Assembly: GCA_963828465.1 (NCBI GenBank) | Contig: CAWHEU010000022.1 | Coordinates: 128,001-192,000, forward strand | Direction of reading: 5' to 3' | DNA length: 64,000 nt | From: an uncultured Acidobacteriota bacterium | GTDB taxonomy: Bacteria; Actinomycetota; Acidimicrobiia; Spongiisociales; ZC4RG35 | In this document: in pieces, positions 28,411 to 38,345 of the stretch | Layout: each line of letters starts with the position of its first letter | Numbering within the stretch: position 1 is the first letter of the stretch | Notes under the pieces: generated by a model | Seen by the model: the letters and a program-made list of their open reading frames with translations, nothing else | Told to the model about the DNA's origin: nothing | Database searches by the model: none | Made by a program: the position numbers and the translations under genes

Positions 28411-28460
28411 GTCCTGAAGAAATCGGCCTCATGAGGCGGGTACTTGACCTCGGCGGGGCC

Positions 28461-29624
28461 CTACACCATGTAAGAGCGCACCGGATCCTTCTCCTGGAGG
28501 ATGGGCCGGTCGGCGGCGAGGGCGGAGATGTCGTGTGTGGTGACGCCGTCGAGGGCGAGGTCGACGAGGATCCGGCCGAGCAACGAGGCGAACTTGAAGG
28601 CGTGGCCGGCACCCACCACTGTGAAGATGTTGGCTGTCCCTGGCACCCTGTCGAGGAGGAAATCGCGATCGGGCGTCAGCGTGTAGAGACAGGTCTTGGC
28701 CATCCGGACAGGTCCGACTGCCTGTGGGAGATGTTGGCCCGCGAAACCCCTGACAGCCTCGGTGACCTCATCCCGCGGCTCGAAACTCCTGTTCTCGGGG
28801 TCGGTCACGATCTCGCAGCGATCCCAGGCGATCTTCACAGCCGGCTCCCCGAATATCGGGAAACCGTAGAACGAGGGCTCGTCCATCCAGATCCAGATCG
28901 GGAAACGGGAGGGGTGGAACGACACCGGGTCTGCCGCCTCCATATAGACGACCTGTTCCAGGGTCACCTCGAGTGGGATGTCCACACCCAGACTCTCCAA
29001 CACGGTTGGGGTCCATGCCCCGGCGGCGACGATCAACGAGCCGACTCGATGGGTCCTGCCGTCGACCTCGATCTCGACCTCGCCGTCGACCTCCCGGATA
29101 GCGCCGACGCCGGCGCTGTCTACGAGGGTCGCACCGTTTTCTCGGGCCAGCCGACGATGTGTCTCATTGGCCCTCGAGGCCATGGCGATGCCGGATCGCT
29201 CTTGATAGAGAGCCTCCACGTCTTCGCTCAGACGCCATTGAGGCCAGCGCCTCATGACCTCGGCGGCGTCGAGCTCCTCGAAGGGAACCGAGGCAGCACC
29301 CATCGACATCCGGTAGTCGTCGAGTCCGATCGAGGCGTCGGCCGGAGCGAGATCGAGGCCACCCGTCCTGAGAACGAGTTGCTCGCCAGAATCGACCTCT
29401 ACCTGCTCCCATGCCTCGTAGGCCGCCTTGGCCAATTCGACGTAGGCGGGGGTGTGATAGGACAGCCGGATGATCCGGCTGTGATCCTCGGATCCCCCCC
29501 GGACATGACCGAGCTCGAATTGCTCGACGCCGAGGACGTCGCCACTGAGCCGACGGGACGCCCAGAAGGCGGCGGCGCTGCCGATGCCGCCCAGCCCGAG
29601 GACCGCCACCCGATAGTCAGTCAC
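28461..29624 (-). CDS. solA: N-methyl-L-tryptophan/monomeric sarcosine oxidase family
   Basis: VLGLGGIGSAA, GSEDHSRIIR, CLYTLTPDRDF and GHAFKFA. GTG start at 29624. Confidence 0.88.
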   Translation of the reverse strand: MTDYRVAVLGLGGIGSAAAFWASRRLSGDVLGVEQFELGHVRGGSEDHSRIIRLSYHTPAYVELAKAAYEAWEQVEVDSGEQLVLRTGGLDLAPADASIGLDDYRMSMGAASVPFEELDAAEVMRRWPQWRLSEDVEALYQERSGIAMASRANETHRRLARENGATLVDSAGVGAIREVDGEVEIEVDGRTHRVGSLIVAAGAWTPTVLESLGVDIPLEVTLEQVVYMEAADPVSFHPSRFPIWIWMDEPSFYGFPIFGEPAVKIAWDRCEIVTDPENRSFEPRDEVTEAVRGFAGQHLPQAVGPVRMAKTCLYTLTPDRDFLLDRVPGTANIFTVVGAGHAFKFASLLGRILVDLALDGVTTHDISALAADRPILQEKDPVRSYMV

Positions 29625-30721
29625 ATCAGCTCGTCGAGATACCGCCGAATATCCATCGAATAGTCCTCCATCGGGGCATAGAACCCGGTGGTGAACCGGC
29701 GCGACGACATCCCCCTCTGCACCGACTCGCAGATCTTCCAGTCCTGGCGGTTGACCATGTCCCAGAACTCGACGGCGTCCGAGGGATCGAAATCGGGTCT
29801 GGCCATCTCGTCGGGATGGAAGAGGAAATCGCACACCACGGTGGTGAAAGCGGGGCTGTGGGGCCACAGGGTGAAAGCGGCGACATGGTCGGCGGAGAGA
29901 CTCAGCATGAGGTTGGGGTAGACGAGTTGGCCCTTGTGCCGCTCCTGCTCTTCGGGCGTCAGACCGGGGAATGGCCGGCGGTTGGTCGTCCCGCTCGCGG
30001 TGAACGTCCAGGCACCATCGCGGTGGGGGATGCCGCTCTCCCAGTCCAGCTCGGAGCCGCCCCGCTGTCTGAAGGCGGGCACCAGCTCCACCAATTCAGG
30101 GTGGACCGGGCCGCAGTGATAGCACTCGTTGTAGTTCTCCACGAGAGCCTTCCAATTGGACGCGACCGGATAGACGAGCCGGACGGCGGTCCGCAGGTCG
30201 GCCAACGGATAGTTGGCCAGATAAGTCTCCGACTCCTGGAATTGACCGGTGATGGGCGCGGCCGCCGCGGCGTCGAGGTGGATCCAGACGAACCCAGCCC
30301 AGATCTCGACTGCGATGTGATGGAGGGGCAGGTCCTCTTTGTCGAGTCCGTCGGTCTCGTCGAGAAATGGTGCCGCTCGGAGCTGGCCATCGAAGCCATA
30401 GGTCCAGGCGTGGTAGGGGCATTGGATCGAGCCTTTGAACGTGCCGGTCGGGCCCAAGTGGGTTTGGGATGGCTTGCCGGCGGCATCGGTCAGCTGTGAG
30501 CCGCGATGCCGGCAGAGATTGACATAGGCCGCCAGGTCACCGGCTCGCGTCCTGGTGACGATGATCGATTCGCCGACGACATCGCAGACCAGATGGTCGC
30601 CTGGTTCGGGGATTTCCTCTTCGCGACCGACGCAAAACCACTGTCGCTCGAAGACGCTGGACACCTCTTTGGCGAACCAATCGGCTTCGACATACCGATC
30701 CCGGTGAAGTGTCGGTTCCAC
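29621..30721 (-). CDS. Rieske non-heme iron oxygenase alpha subunit (GbcA/Stc2-like)
   Basis: CRHRG...CPYHAW Rieske motif, ENYNECYHCGPVH and QDWKICE. Leaderless TACCCT-N6-GTG. Confidence 0.92.
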   Translation of the reverse strand: MEPTLHRDRYVEADWFAKEVSSVFERQWFCVGREEEIPEPGDHLVCDVVGESIIVTRTRAGDLAAYVNLCRHRGSQLTDAAGKPSQTHLGPTGTFKGSIQCPYHAWTYGFDGQLRAAPFLDETDGLDKEDLPLHHIAVEIWAGFVWIHLDAAAAAPITGQFQESETYLANYPLADLRTAVRLVYPVASNWKALVENYNECYHCGPVHPELVELVPAFRQRGGSELDWESGIPHRDGAWTFTASGTTNRRPFPGLTPEEQERHKGQLVYPNLMLSLSADHVAAFTLWPHSPAFTTVVCDFLFHPDEMARPDFDPSDAVEFWDMVNRQDWKICESVQRGMSSRRFTTGFYAPMEDYSMDIRRYLDELM

Positions 30722-30734
30722 AGAGCGAGGGTAG

Positions 30735-30750
30735 TTGAACGGCGGTTCAG
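30735..30750. promoter_or_regulatory. operator CTGAAY-N4-RTTCAG, site 2
   Basis: TTGAAC-GGCG-GTTCAG directly upstream of the -10 of the Rieske gene. Confidence 0.65.
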
Positions 30751-32738
30751 GCCCATTCTCTCGGCACGTCGTCGTCCCATACCCGGTTGAACACCACCCG
30801 GTCGTCGTGGAGGGCGGTGAGCTCGATCTTGAGGTGGAACGAGTCTGCATCACCGGACAGCTCCAAACTGCCCTGCGTCGTGACTTTCCAACCGGGTCGC
30901 TCCATCGTCGACTCGGCGTCCGACCGGACACGGGTCGAAGCCGGATCGTCTTCGTCAACGCTCACGAACCAGTTCTCGTCCGAGCTGTAGGTCAGATCTG
31001 CCCGCTCGGGTTGAAACTCTCTGGAGTAGCGGTGCCGCTCATAAGAGACGGTGGGGCCCTCCCGATCGACCAGTGCGTGGCCCCTGTCGTCCTCCTCGAG
31101 GCCGGGAGGCCGGGGAAGTGGTGGCGGGGCCGGAATGAGGACCCTGGAATCCTCCTCACGCACCGGGACGGCGGGCAGATGGAGGGTCGAGCGGCCTGGG
31201 TCGAAGGTCAGGCTGAACCTTTGCCCGGGCGGCCACACAACCGGGAAGTCCGCCCCAGCCAGCGCCAGTCGCAAGCTCCAGCCCGCAGGCAAAACCGCCG
31301 ACGTCGTCAACAGCGGGAAGCGGACCGTGATCGATGTGTCCGGCATGATCGGCACGGGTGTCGACAGGTCATCAGGGAAGACCAGATTGCGGCTGCCCCT
31401 GGTGATCAAGTGACCGTCCCCGGCCGGGGAAATGGCGAGGAGCCGGGCCGCAACAACTCCGACGGGCTGGTCGCTGGCCACCGCTAGCTCGATCTCGGGG
31501 GCTCCCAGGATGTCTAGGGACTCATCGAACGGGGCGGTCTCGAAGGTCGCCGAGTGAGCATCGTCATCGGTCGAATCGGCACTGCCCCGTCCCGCTCGAT
31601 CCCAGGCGGGGGCGTGGATCCCGACCCATTGCGGTCCTGACCACGTCGTGGTGTCATGGCGAAGTCCGTCCAAGGGGAGATCGACCATGATGCGGTCGGC
31701 TGGCGGCCACGACGGCTCGGCTCGCCAGTATCCGGGTGTCGGCGGGTCGTCGAAGGGAGGACGTCTCGGCCCGTCGTATGGCGTGCCGGTCCGGATGAAG
31801 GCCGTCACCGCCGGCATGTCCATCACACCGTTCTCATCACCTCTGAGATGATGGCCAAACCAGCGGGCCAATAGATCGAGATGGTCGAGGCCCGGTCCCG
31901 GGCAACCGGTGGAAGGCCGATAGTGGCCCCAGGGCCCGATGACGGTCCGGGTGGGGCAGGTGAGATGTTCCGCCATTGCCAGCATCCCGTCGACATACCC
32001 GTCGACCCAGCCACCGATGAGAAGGGTGGGGCATTGGATGGCCCCGTAGTCGGCACATGGCGAGCCGTGGAGCCAGTACTCGTCGCGGCGCTGATGACGG
32101 AGCCAGATCCCGGGCCACTGCGGCGTGTTCTCCAATCGGTCCATCCATAGCTGGTACCAACCGTCGCCGACGATGTCCGGATCGGGCGGCAGCGCGTTGC
32201 AAACCACCATCGAAGGTGGCCAATCCACCTGTTCCTGAGCATGAAGGGAGCCGCCCGTGTAGTGGACATCGGAGGCGAAGCGGTCATGGGTGGCGTGGAC
32301 CGGGGCGATGGCCTTCAGTTGGGGCGGACGGAGCATGGCGGTTTGAAGTGAGCTGAATCCGCCCCACGACACGCCCCACATGCCGAGATTCCCGCTGCAC
32401 CACTCCTGGTCGGCGAGCCAGCGGAAGATGGCAAGCGTGTCCTCCTGCTCCCGGGGGACATACTCGTCCTCGATGATCCCGGTCGATGCTCCCGTCCCGC
32501 GGATGTCGATGCGAACACCCGCGAATCCTTTCCCGGCCAGATAGGCGTAAGTCGCCCAGTCTCCTGCGTAGAAAGCGTCGTCCTTGCGATAGGGGAGAGA
32601 CTCGACAACGGTCGGGTAGGGACCATCGTTGCTGCTGTCGGGTTGATAGACGGTGAGGGCGATGCTGACACCGTCATCCATCGGGACGAACACGCGGCGG
32701 TCGACTCGGACCGGGTACTCCGGTGTTCCCTCGGGCAC
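30747..32738 (-). CDS. CocE/NonD family hydrolase (peptidase S15-like)
   Basis: [14 protein letters not shown], nucleophile GVSWGG, GGWVDGY and GPWGH. Confidence 0.92.
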   Translation of the reverse strand: MPEGTPEYPVRVDRRVFVPMDDGVSIALTVYQPDSSNDGPYPTVVESLPYRKDDAFYAGDWATYAYLAGKGFAGVRIDIRGTGASTGIIEDEYVPREQEDTLAIFRWLADQEWCSGNLGMWGVSWGGFSSLQTAMLRPPQLKAIAPVHATHDRFASDVHYTGGSLHAQEQVDWPPSMVVCNALPPDPDIVGDGWYQLWMDRLENTPQWPGIWLRHQRRDEYWLHGSPCADYGAIQCPTLLIGGWVDGYVDGMLAMAEHLTCPTRTVIGPWGHYRPSTGCPGPGLDHLDLLARWFGHHLRGDENGVMDMPAVTAFIRTGTPYDGPRRPPFDDPPTPGYWRAEPSWPPADRIMVDLPLDGLRHDTTTWSGPQWVGIHAPAWDRAGRGSADSTDDDAHSATFETAPFDESLDILGAPEIELAVASDQPVGVVAARLLAISPAGDGHLITRGSRNLVFPDDLSTPVPIMPDTSITVRFPLLTTSAVLPAGWSLRLALAGADFPVVWPPGQRFSLTFDPGRSTLHLPAVPVREEDSRVLIPAPPPLPRPPGLEEDDRGHALVDREGPTVSYERHRYSREFQPERADLTYSSDENWFVSVDEDDPASTRVRSDAESTMERPGWKVTTQGSLELSGDADSFHLKIELTALHDDRVVFNRVWDDDVPREWA

Positions 32739-32780
32739 GGCGGCAATCTAGCGACGGCCGGGGATACCCTCGCCGCGCTC

Positions 32781-33992
32781 ATGCGGGGTGAACCAACTCG
32801 TCAGGTGATCGTGGTCGGCGCCGGTGTGGCGGGGCTCGTAGCTGCTCGGCGCCTGGCCGATCGAGGGATCGACGTTGTCGTCCTGGAGGCCAGAGACCGG
32901 GTCGGGGGACGTCTCTGGTCGTACCGTATGCCCAATGGCGAGATCGTCGAGTTGGGCGGCGAGTGGATCTCGACCACGCAGACGGCGGTGATGGGTCTCG
33001 CCGACGAGCTCGGGCTCGAGCTCATCGACACCGGGATGGACTTCATCACTCGCGATCCGGTGGGTGGGCCGGCGATCGCCGTGGAGGAACATGAGCGTCT
33101 CGCAGGTCTGCTGGCCGATCGGATGATGGAGATCGGGCCGGTCAAGCTGTCGTCGATGAGTGCTGAGGAGGTCCTCGACGGTCTGGGTAACAACGGTCCG
33201 GCGGGGTCAATCCTCCGAAGCCGTCTCCAGGGGACGGCTGGTGCGGCGTTGGGGTCCATCGCCGCAGCCGAGATCGGCGAGGAGTTCGGGATCGGGGATG
33301 ACGGGTCATACATTCGGATCGATGGCGGCAACGACCGACTCGCCACCGCGCTGACTCCTGGCCTCGATGTGCGGCTCGGTCTCGAGGCGTTCTCGATCCG
33401 CCGGACGGCGAACGACGTCACAGTCGAGACCGCCGGTGGGGCCTTCATTGCTTCAGCCGTGGTGCTAGCCGTGCCGCTCGGAGTGTTGAAGCACCTGAGG
33501 TTCGAACCGCGGCTGCCCAATGAGGTAACTCGTGTCCTCGCGTCCCTGAAAATGGGCGTCGGGATCAAGGTGGCAATGGGTACAGCCGAACCACCGCCGA
33601 TGTTCCGCAGACAAGACACCGACATCCCCGCCTGGTATTGGACAGGACTCGGGTCGTCGGGATCTGTCCGTCGGGCTGTCACTGGCTTTGCCGGATCGGA
33701 GGCGGGCGTGGCGCCGCTCCGCACAAACGTGATGTTCCGTCTCGCCCGGGCGGCACCAGAGGCGATGCTCGACGGTGCGCCGATAGTCGCCGACTGGGGC
33801 TCCGATCCGTTGGCTGGCGGCAGCTATTCCCTCATCGGGCCCGGGCAGCGAGCGACGCTCGAGGTGTTGATACGGCCAGTGGGTCGGGTGTTCTTCGCAG
33901 GCGAGCACGTGAACGGGAGCGGGACCATCGATGGGGCGATACGAAGCGGTGACTTCGCTGCCGATCTGGTCTCCTCCTCCCTGGTTTTCTGA
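32781..33992 (+). CDS. flavin monoamine oxidase family protein
   Basis: [40 protein letters not shown] and DGAIRSG. Confidence 0.9.
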   Translation: MRGEPTRQVIVVGAGVAGLVAARRLADRGIDVVVLEARDRVGGRLWSYRMPNGEIVELGGEWISTTQTAVMGLADELGLELIDTGMDFITRDPVGGPAIAVEEHERLAGLLADRMMEIGPVKLSSMSAEEVLDGLGNNGPAGSILRSRLQGTAGAALGSIAAAEIGEEFGIGDDGSYIRIDGGNDRLATALTPGLDVRLGLEAFSIRRTANDVTVETAGGAFIASAVVLAVPLGVLKHLRFEPRLPNEVTRVLASLKMGVGIKVAMGTAEPPPMFRRQDTDIPAWYWTGLGSSGSVRRAVTGFAGSEAGVAPLRTNVMFRLARAAPEAMLDGAPIVADWGSDPLAGGSYSLIGPGQRATLEVLIRPVGRVFFAGEHVNGSGTIDGAIRSGDFAADLVSSSLVF

Positions 33993-34004
33993 ACGACGGT
34001 TCAG
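33989..34004. promoter_or_regulatory. operator CTGAAY-N4-RTTCAG, site 3
   Basis: Perfect CTGAAC-GACG-GTTCAG followed by a TAGTGT -10-like hexamer, upstream of the ALDH gene. Confidence 0.7.
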
Positions 34005-34053
34005 CCGTAGTGTTACCGTCGCAGGAGACCGAATACGCCCAACGGAGGCAGGC

Positions 34054-35493
34054 GTGAAACAGCTCTACATCGATGGGAAATGGGCAGACCCGCGCTCCGG
34101 GGAGCACTTCGAGACGTTCAACCCGGCTACCGGCGAGGTGCTGGACCAGATCTCGTCGGCGGGACCCGAGGACGCAGATGCTGCTGTCGCCGCCGCCCGT
34201 CGCGCCTTCGAGAACGGAAGCTGGGGTGCTCAGTCGGCGCCACGCGACCGGGCCGCCCTTCTCTTCCGGGTGGCCGAGATCATCCGCCGCGACCGTGACC
34301 GGCTCGCCGAGCTGGAGACCCTGGACAATGGCAAACCCCTCAGCGACGCCATCTGGGACATCGACGAGGCCGCCTACATGTTCGAGTACTACGCGGGCTG
34401 GGCGACCAAGGTGATGGGTTCCATCCCACCCGTCGGGCCCGAGGCGATGAGCCTGGTGATCAAGGAGCCGGTGGGTGTGGCCGCCCTGATCACGCCGTGG
34501 AACTACCCGATCCTGATGGCGAGTCAGAAGATCGCCCCTGCTCTCGCCGCCGGCTGCACCACGATCCTCAAGCCCGCCGAGCAAACTCCGCTCACCGCCA
34601 TCGAGCTCGCTCGAATCCTCGATGAGGCCGGTGCCCCTCCCGGTGTGTTCAACCTCCTCACCGGATTTGGCCCGGAGGCAGGTGCGCCGCTCGTGGCCCA
34701 CCCGGATGTAGACAAGGTCTCCTTCACCGGCTCTGTCGAGGTGGGGAAGATCATCTCGAAGACGGCGTCCGAGACGCTGAAGCGTGTGACCCTCGAGCTC
34801 GGGGGCAAGTCGCCCAACCTGATCTTCGCCGATGCCGATTTCGAGTCCGCCATCGACGGAACCTGCGCCGGAATCTTCGCCAACAGTGGCGAGGTCTGCT
34901 CTGCGGGCAGCCGCGTTCTCGTCGAGAAGGCCATTTACGACGACGCCGTCGCCTCCATGATCGACGAGGCAGCCCGGATCAAGGTGGGGAGTGGTCTCGA
35001 CCCGGACACCACCATGGGCCCCCTGATCTCGGATGAGCACCGGGAAACGGTGCTGTCTTACGTGGGCTCGGGCCGGGAGTCGGCCGCGGTGGCCTATGAA
35101 GGAGCTATGCCCTCGGATCCGGGACTGGCCGGCGGATACTTCGTCCCGCCGACGATCTTCACCGATGTCGACAATTCCACCCGTATCGCCCGTGAGGAGA
35201 TATTCGGACCGGTGATGGCAGTGATCCCGTTCTCAGACGAGGAGGACGCCATCCGGATCGCCAACGACACGACTTACGGTTTGGCGGCGGCGGTGTGGAC
35301 CTCGGACATCAAGCGTGCGATGAAGGTGGCAAGGGGCATCAAGGCCGGGGTGGTCTGGATCAACGACAGCCAGCCGGCGCCCACCGAATCGATCTGGGGC
35401 GGATACAAGACTTCGGGAGTGGGCCGCGAACTCGGTCCCTGGGGCATCGAGTCCTACCTCGAAGAGAAGCAGATCTACCTCAATCTGGGATGA
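34054..35493 (+). CDS. aldehyde dehydrogenase (betaine/aminoaldehyde DH-like)
   Basis: PWNYP, FTGS, LELGGKS, GEVCSAGS and EEIFGP. GGAGG then GTG start. Confidence 0.94.
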   Translation: MKQLYIDGKWADPRSGEHFETFNPATGEVLDQISSAGPEDADAAVAAARRAFENGSWGAQSAPRDRAALLFRVAEIIRRDRDRLAELETLDNGKPLSDAIWDIDEAAYMFEYYAGWATKVMGSIPPVGPEAMSLVIKEPVGVAALITPWNYPILMASQKIAPALAAGCTTILKPAEQTPLTAIELARILDEAGAPPGVFNLLTGFGPEAGAPLVAHPDVDKVSFTGSVEVGKIISKTASETLKRVTLELGGKSPNLIFADADFESAIDGTCAGIFANSGEVCSAGSRVLVEKAIYDDAVASMIDEAARIKVGSGLDPDTTMGPLISDEHRETVLSYVGSGRESAAVAYEGAMPSDPGLAGGYFVPPTIFTDVDNSTRIAREEIFGPVMAVIPFSDEEDAIRIANDTTYGLAAAVWTSDIKRAMKVARGIKAGVVWINDSQPAPTESIWGGYKTSGVGRELGPWGIESYLEEKQIYLNLG

Positions 35494-36663
35494 GCATCTC
35501 CCTCACCACTGCCGAGCGGGCACTGCAAGAGCGGGCGCGAGCCTTCGTGGACGAGTTGATTCCCTGGGAGGTCGAGGCGGAGATGAATCGGGGCGAGATC
35601 CCCGAGAACGTGCTGAAAGAACAAAAGGAACGGGCACGCGAGTTGGCCCTCACGTCGATCAACATGTCCGAGAGACTTGGCGGCCCCGGATACAGCATGC
35701 TGGCCCAGGTCTTGATCCAGGAGCAAACCGGCCGCGCCACCAATGCGCTCGGTTGGGTGGTGTCGACCGGGCCGTCGTGGATCGAAGAGGTGGCTACCGA
35801 GCACCAGATCCAGACCTGGATTCGCCCCACCGTCGATGGCGACATCCACGAGTGCTACGCGATCACCGAGGAGGGAGCCGGCTCGGACGTGGAGGCAATC
35901 GAGGCGACGGCCCGCCTCGATGGCGAGGAGTACGTGCTCGACGGGGTGAAGTGGCACGTCACCTCGGCCAATCTCGCCGCGTATGTCTTTTTCCAGGCCA
36001 AGCTGACGGAGGGTCCAAACGCCGGACGGCATGTCCTGTTCTTCGTCGACATGGACACGCCGGGTGTGGAGTGCGTGCAGGGTGCCCGAGTACTCCCACA
36101 CCTACAGCCATCACCATTGGGAGATGAAGTTCACCAACGTAAGGGTTCCGGTCGAGAACCTGGTGGGAAGCGAAGGCGACGGTATGAGCTTCTCCCACGC
36201 CTGGTTCCGCTACGAGCGGCTGATGATCGCTGCCCGATGTTGCGGCGCTGCCGAGCGTCTGATCGAGGAGGCGACCGCATTTGCCGAGGAGCGTCAGGCG
36301 TACGGCGCTCCGATTGCCGACTACCAGGCGATCCAGTTCATGCTCGCCGACTCGCTGACCGAGTTGTGGGCGGCGCGACTCATGACCTATGAGACGGCGC
36401 GGGCCATCGACGAGGGCGCCGACCTCAAGGTGCAGCACGCCCAGTGCTCGATGGCCAAGCTCTATGCCTCGGAAATGGCCAACCGCGTGGCCGACCGGGC
36501 GGTGCAGATCTTCGGGGGTCGGGGGTTCATGCGGGAGAACGTGGCGGAGCGCTTCTTCAGGGAGCTTCGTGTGGACCGAATCTGGGAGGGAACCTCCGAA
36601 ATTCAACGGATCATCATCGCCGACCAACTCCGGAAGCGAGGGGCCCGCTCGTTACTCGGCTGA
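35490..36663 (+). CDS. acyl-CoA dehydrogenase, frameshifted near 36070-36080
   Basis: AITEEGAGSD and LDGVKWHVT in the first frame; YQAIQFMLAD, SMAKLYASE, QIFGGRG and IWEGTSEIQR in the next frame. Confidence 0.87.
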
Positions 36664-37065
36664 GGAGGCAGCCGCGGTCGCGATCAACTCTTCCAGAACC
36701 TGCTGGTCCACATCCTCCAGCCGTTTGATGTAGAGGCATGACTTGCCGGTGCTGTGCTTGCCAAGCCGATCGAGCAGAGCGTCGTACTCGGAGGCGACGT
36801 CACTCAAACTCAGGTAGAGGGTCAGGTTCTGCTTGCGAGGCGAAAAACCGACCTTGAACCAGTCACCCTCGCGGCCCGAGGGGGATCGGTAGTGGAAATC
36901 ACCGAACCCGACGATGCTCGGTCCCCACATCTTTGGCTTGTCACCCGTGATTCGGGTCATAATCTTCGAGAGCTCCTTGCTGTCCTTGCGCTGGCCCTCT
37001 TCGGGGATCGACGCGAGGAATTCCGCAACGCTGGAGCCGGTCTTCTGGGTCTTGAGCTCGGCCAC
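36652..37065 (-). CDS. DUF1801 domain-containing protein
   Basis: PKMWGPSIVGFG, GFSPRKQNLTLY and LGKHSTGKSCLYIK. Confidence 0.9.
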   Translation of the reverse strand: MAELKTQKTGSSVAEFLASIPEEGQRKDSKELSKIMTRITGDKPKMWGPSIVGFGDFHYRSPSGREGDWFKVGFSPRKQNLTLYLSLSDVASEYDALLDRLGKHSTGKSCLYIKRLEDVDQQVLEELIATAAASSAE

Positions 37066-37086
37066 GGAGCCGAAACTATCAGAGTC

Positions 37087-38268
37087 TCAAGCCTTCAATT
37101 CTCGCTGTGGGACTTTGGGGACCACCAGGCCTTCGCCGAGGTAGGCGTGGGCCATGATCCCGAGGAACTGGTAGACGGTCCCCTCCCAACCGCTGAGCGG
37201 CCCGGGGCGGTACCCCCGGTTTTTGACTCCCCGCATCACCGCCTCGCATGCCGTCCAGTCCTCGCGGTTGGTTATGTCCCAGAAGTCGACTGCATAAGAG
37301 GGGTCGAAGGCTTCCACCTCGAACGCTTCCGGCGGGAACAGCCAGGAGCACTCGATGAAGGTCTGCCCCATCGAGAGAGGGGTCAGGGTGTGGGTCATGA
37401 CGTAATCGGGGTGTATCGACAGGAGCAGGTTCGGCATCACAGTCAGGTACCACACGTAACGGGCCAGTTCGTCGTCGATGAGCCGGAAGTTGACGCCCTT
37501 GGAGGCGCCGTCGAGGGACATCGTCACCGCATGGTCTTTGAGCTGCATGGTCCCGCCACACCACATACCGGTAGGGATGTGGTCGTAGCCGCTGTCAGGA
37601 GGCGTCACCTCACAGAGCTCGGGATGGATCGTGGAGCAGTGGTAGCACTCGTTGTAGTTCTCCACCACGATCTTCCAATTGGCCTCGACCACGTAGGAAT
37701 GCGTCACCGCGGTGACGAGGCGGTCCAACTCGTAGTTGGCGGTGATCTCGCCGAGGTTCCCCAACTGACCGTCGAGTGAGCCTGATCTGCCCGATAGGTC
37801 GACCCAGAGCCAGCCACCGAACGTGTCCACGCCGAGCTCGACGAGGGGATAGTCGGCGGTGTCGAAGTCGTCACTCTGGGTGAACCGGGGCGCCTGGCGG
37901 AGGGTCCCATCGAACCGGTAGGCCCAGCTGTGATAGGGACATCGGATCTGGCGGGCGTCGAAGGCATCACCGACCGGGGCCAGTTCGTGGCCGCGGTGCC
38001 GGCACACATTGGAGAAGGCTCGCAATGTCCCGTCGGACTCTCTGCTCATGAGCACACTCTCGCCGCCAACGTCGACCGCTCGGAGCTGGCCCGGAGCCAG
38101 CACTTCGTCCAGGCGTCCGACGCAGGTCCACATGGCCTGCCACAGGTGCTGCCTCTCCCAGGCCAGGACATCCTCGGATAGATAGACGTCGGCAGGGAAA
38201 GTCAGACTCGACCCGAATGGATCGAGGACCCTGCTGATCTGTCCCGGGTCAACCGGTGCCGGATTCAT
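37087..38268 (-). CDS. Rieske non-heme iron oxygenase alpha subunit (GbcA-like), second copy
   Basis: CRHRG...CPYHSW, ENYNECYHCSTIH and EDWTACE. Confidence 0.92.
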   Translation of the reverse strand: MNPAPVDPGQISRVLDPFGSSLTFPADVYLSEDVLAWERQHLWQAMWTCVGRLDEVLAPGQLRAVDVGGESVLMSRESDGTLRAFSNVCRHRGHELAPVGDAFDARQIRCPYHSWAYRFDGTLRQAPRFTQSDDFDTADYPLVELGVDTFGGWLWVDLSGRSGSLDGQLGNLGEITANYELDRLVTAVTHSYVVEANWKIVVENYNECYHCSTIHPELCEVTPPDSGYDHIPTGMWCGGTMQLKDHAVTMSLDGASKGVNFRLIDDELARYVWYLTVMPNLLLSIHPDYVMTHTLTPLSMGQTFIECSWLFPPEAFEVEAFDPSYAVDFWDITNREDWTACEAVMRGVKNRGYRPGPLSGWEGTVYQFLGIMAHAYLGEGLVVPKVPQRELKA

Positions 38269-38302
38269 CCCGAATCTCTCCTGCCGCCGTAGTTGTCTCA
38301 GT

Positions 38303-38328
38303 GTATCCTGAACAGCGAGTCAGGATAC
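38303..38328. promoter_or_regulatory. divergent promoter with operator site 4
   Basis: Inverted repeat GTATCCTGA-N8-TCAGGATAC containing CTGAAC-AGCG-AGTCAG; TATCCT hexamer on each strand. Confidence 0.65.
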
Positions 38329-38345
38329 CGAAAGGAAGGTGACTC

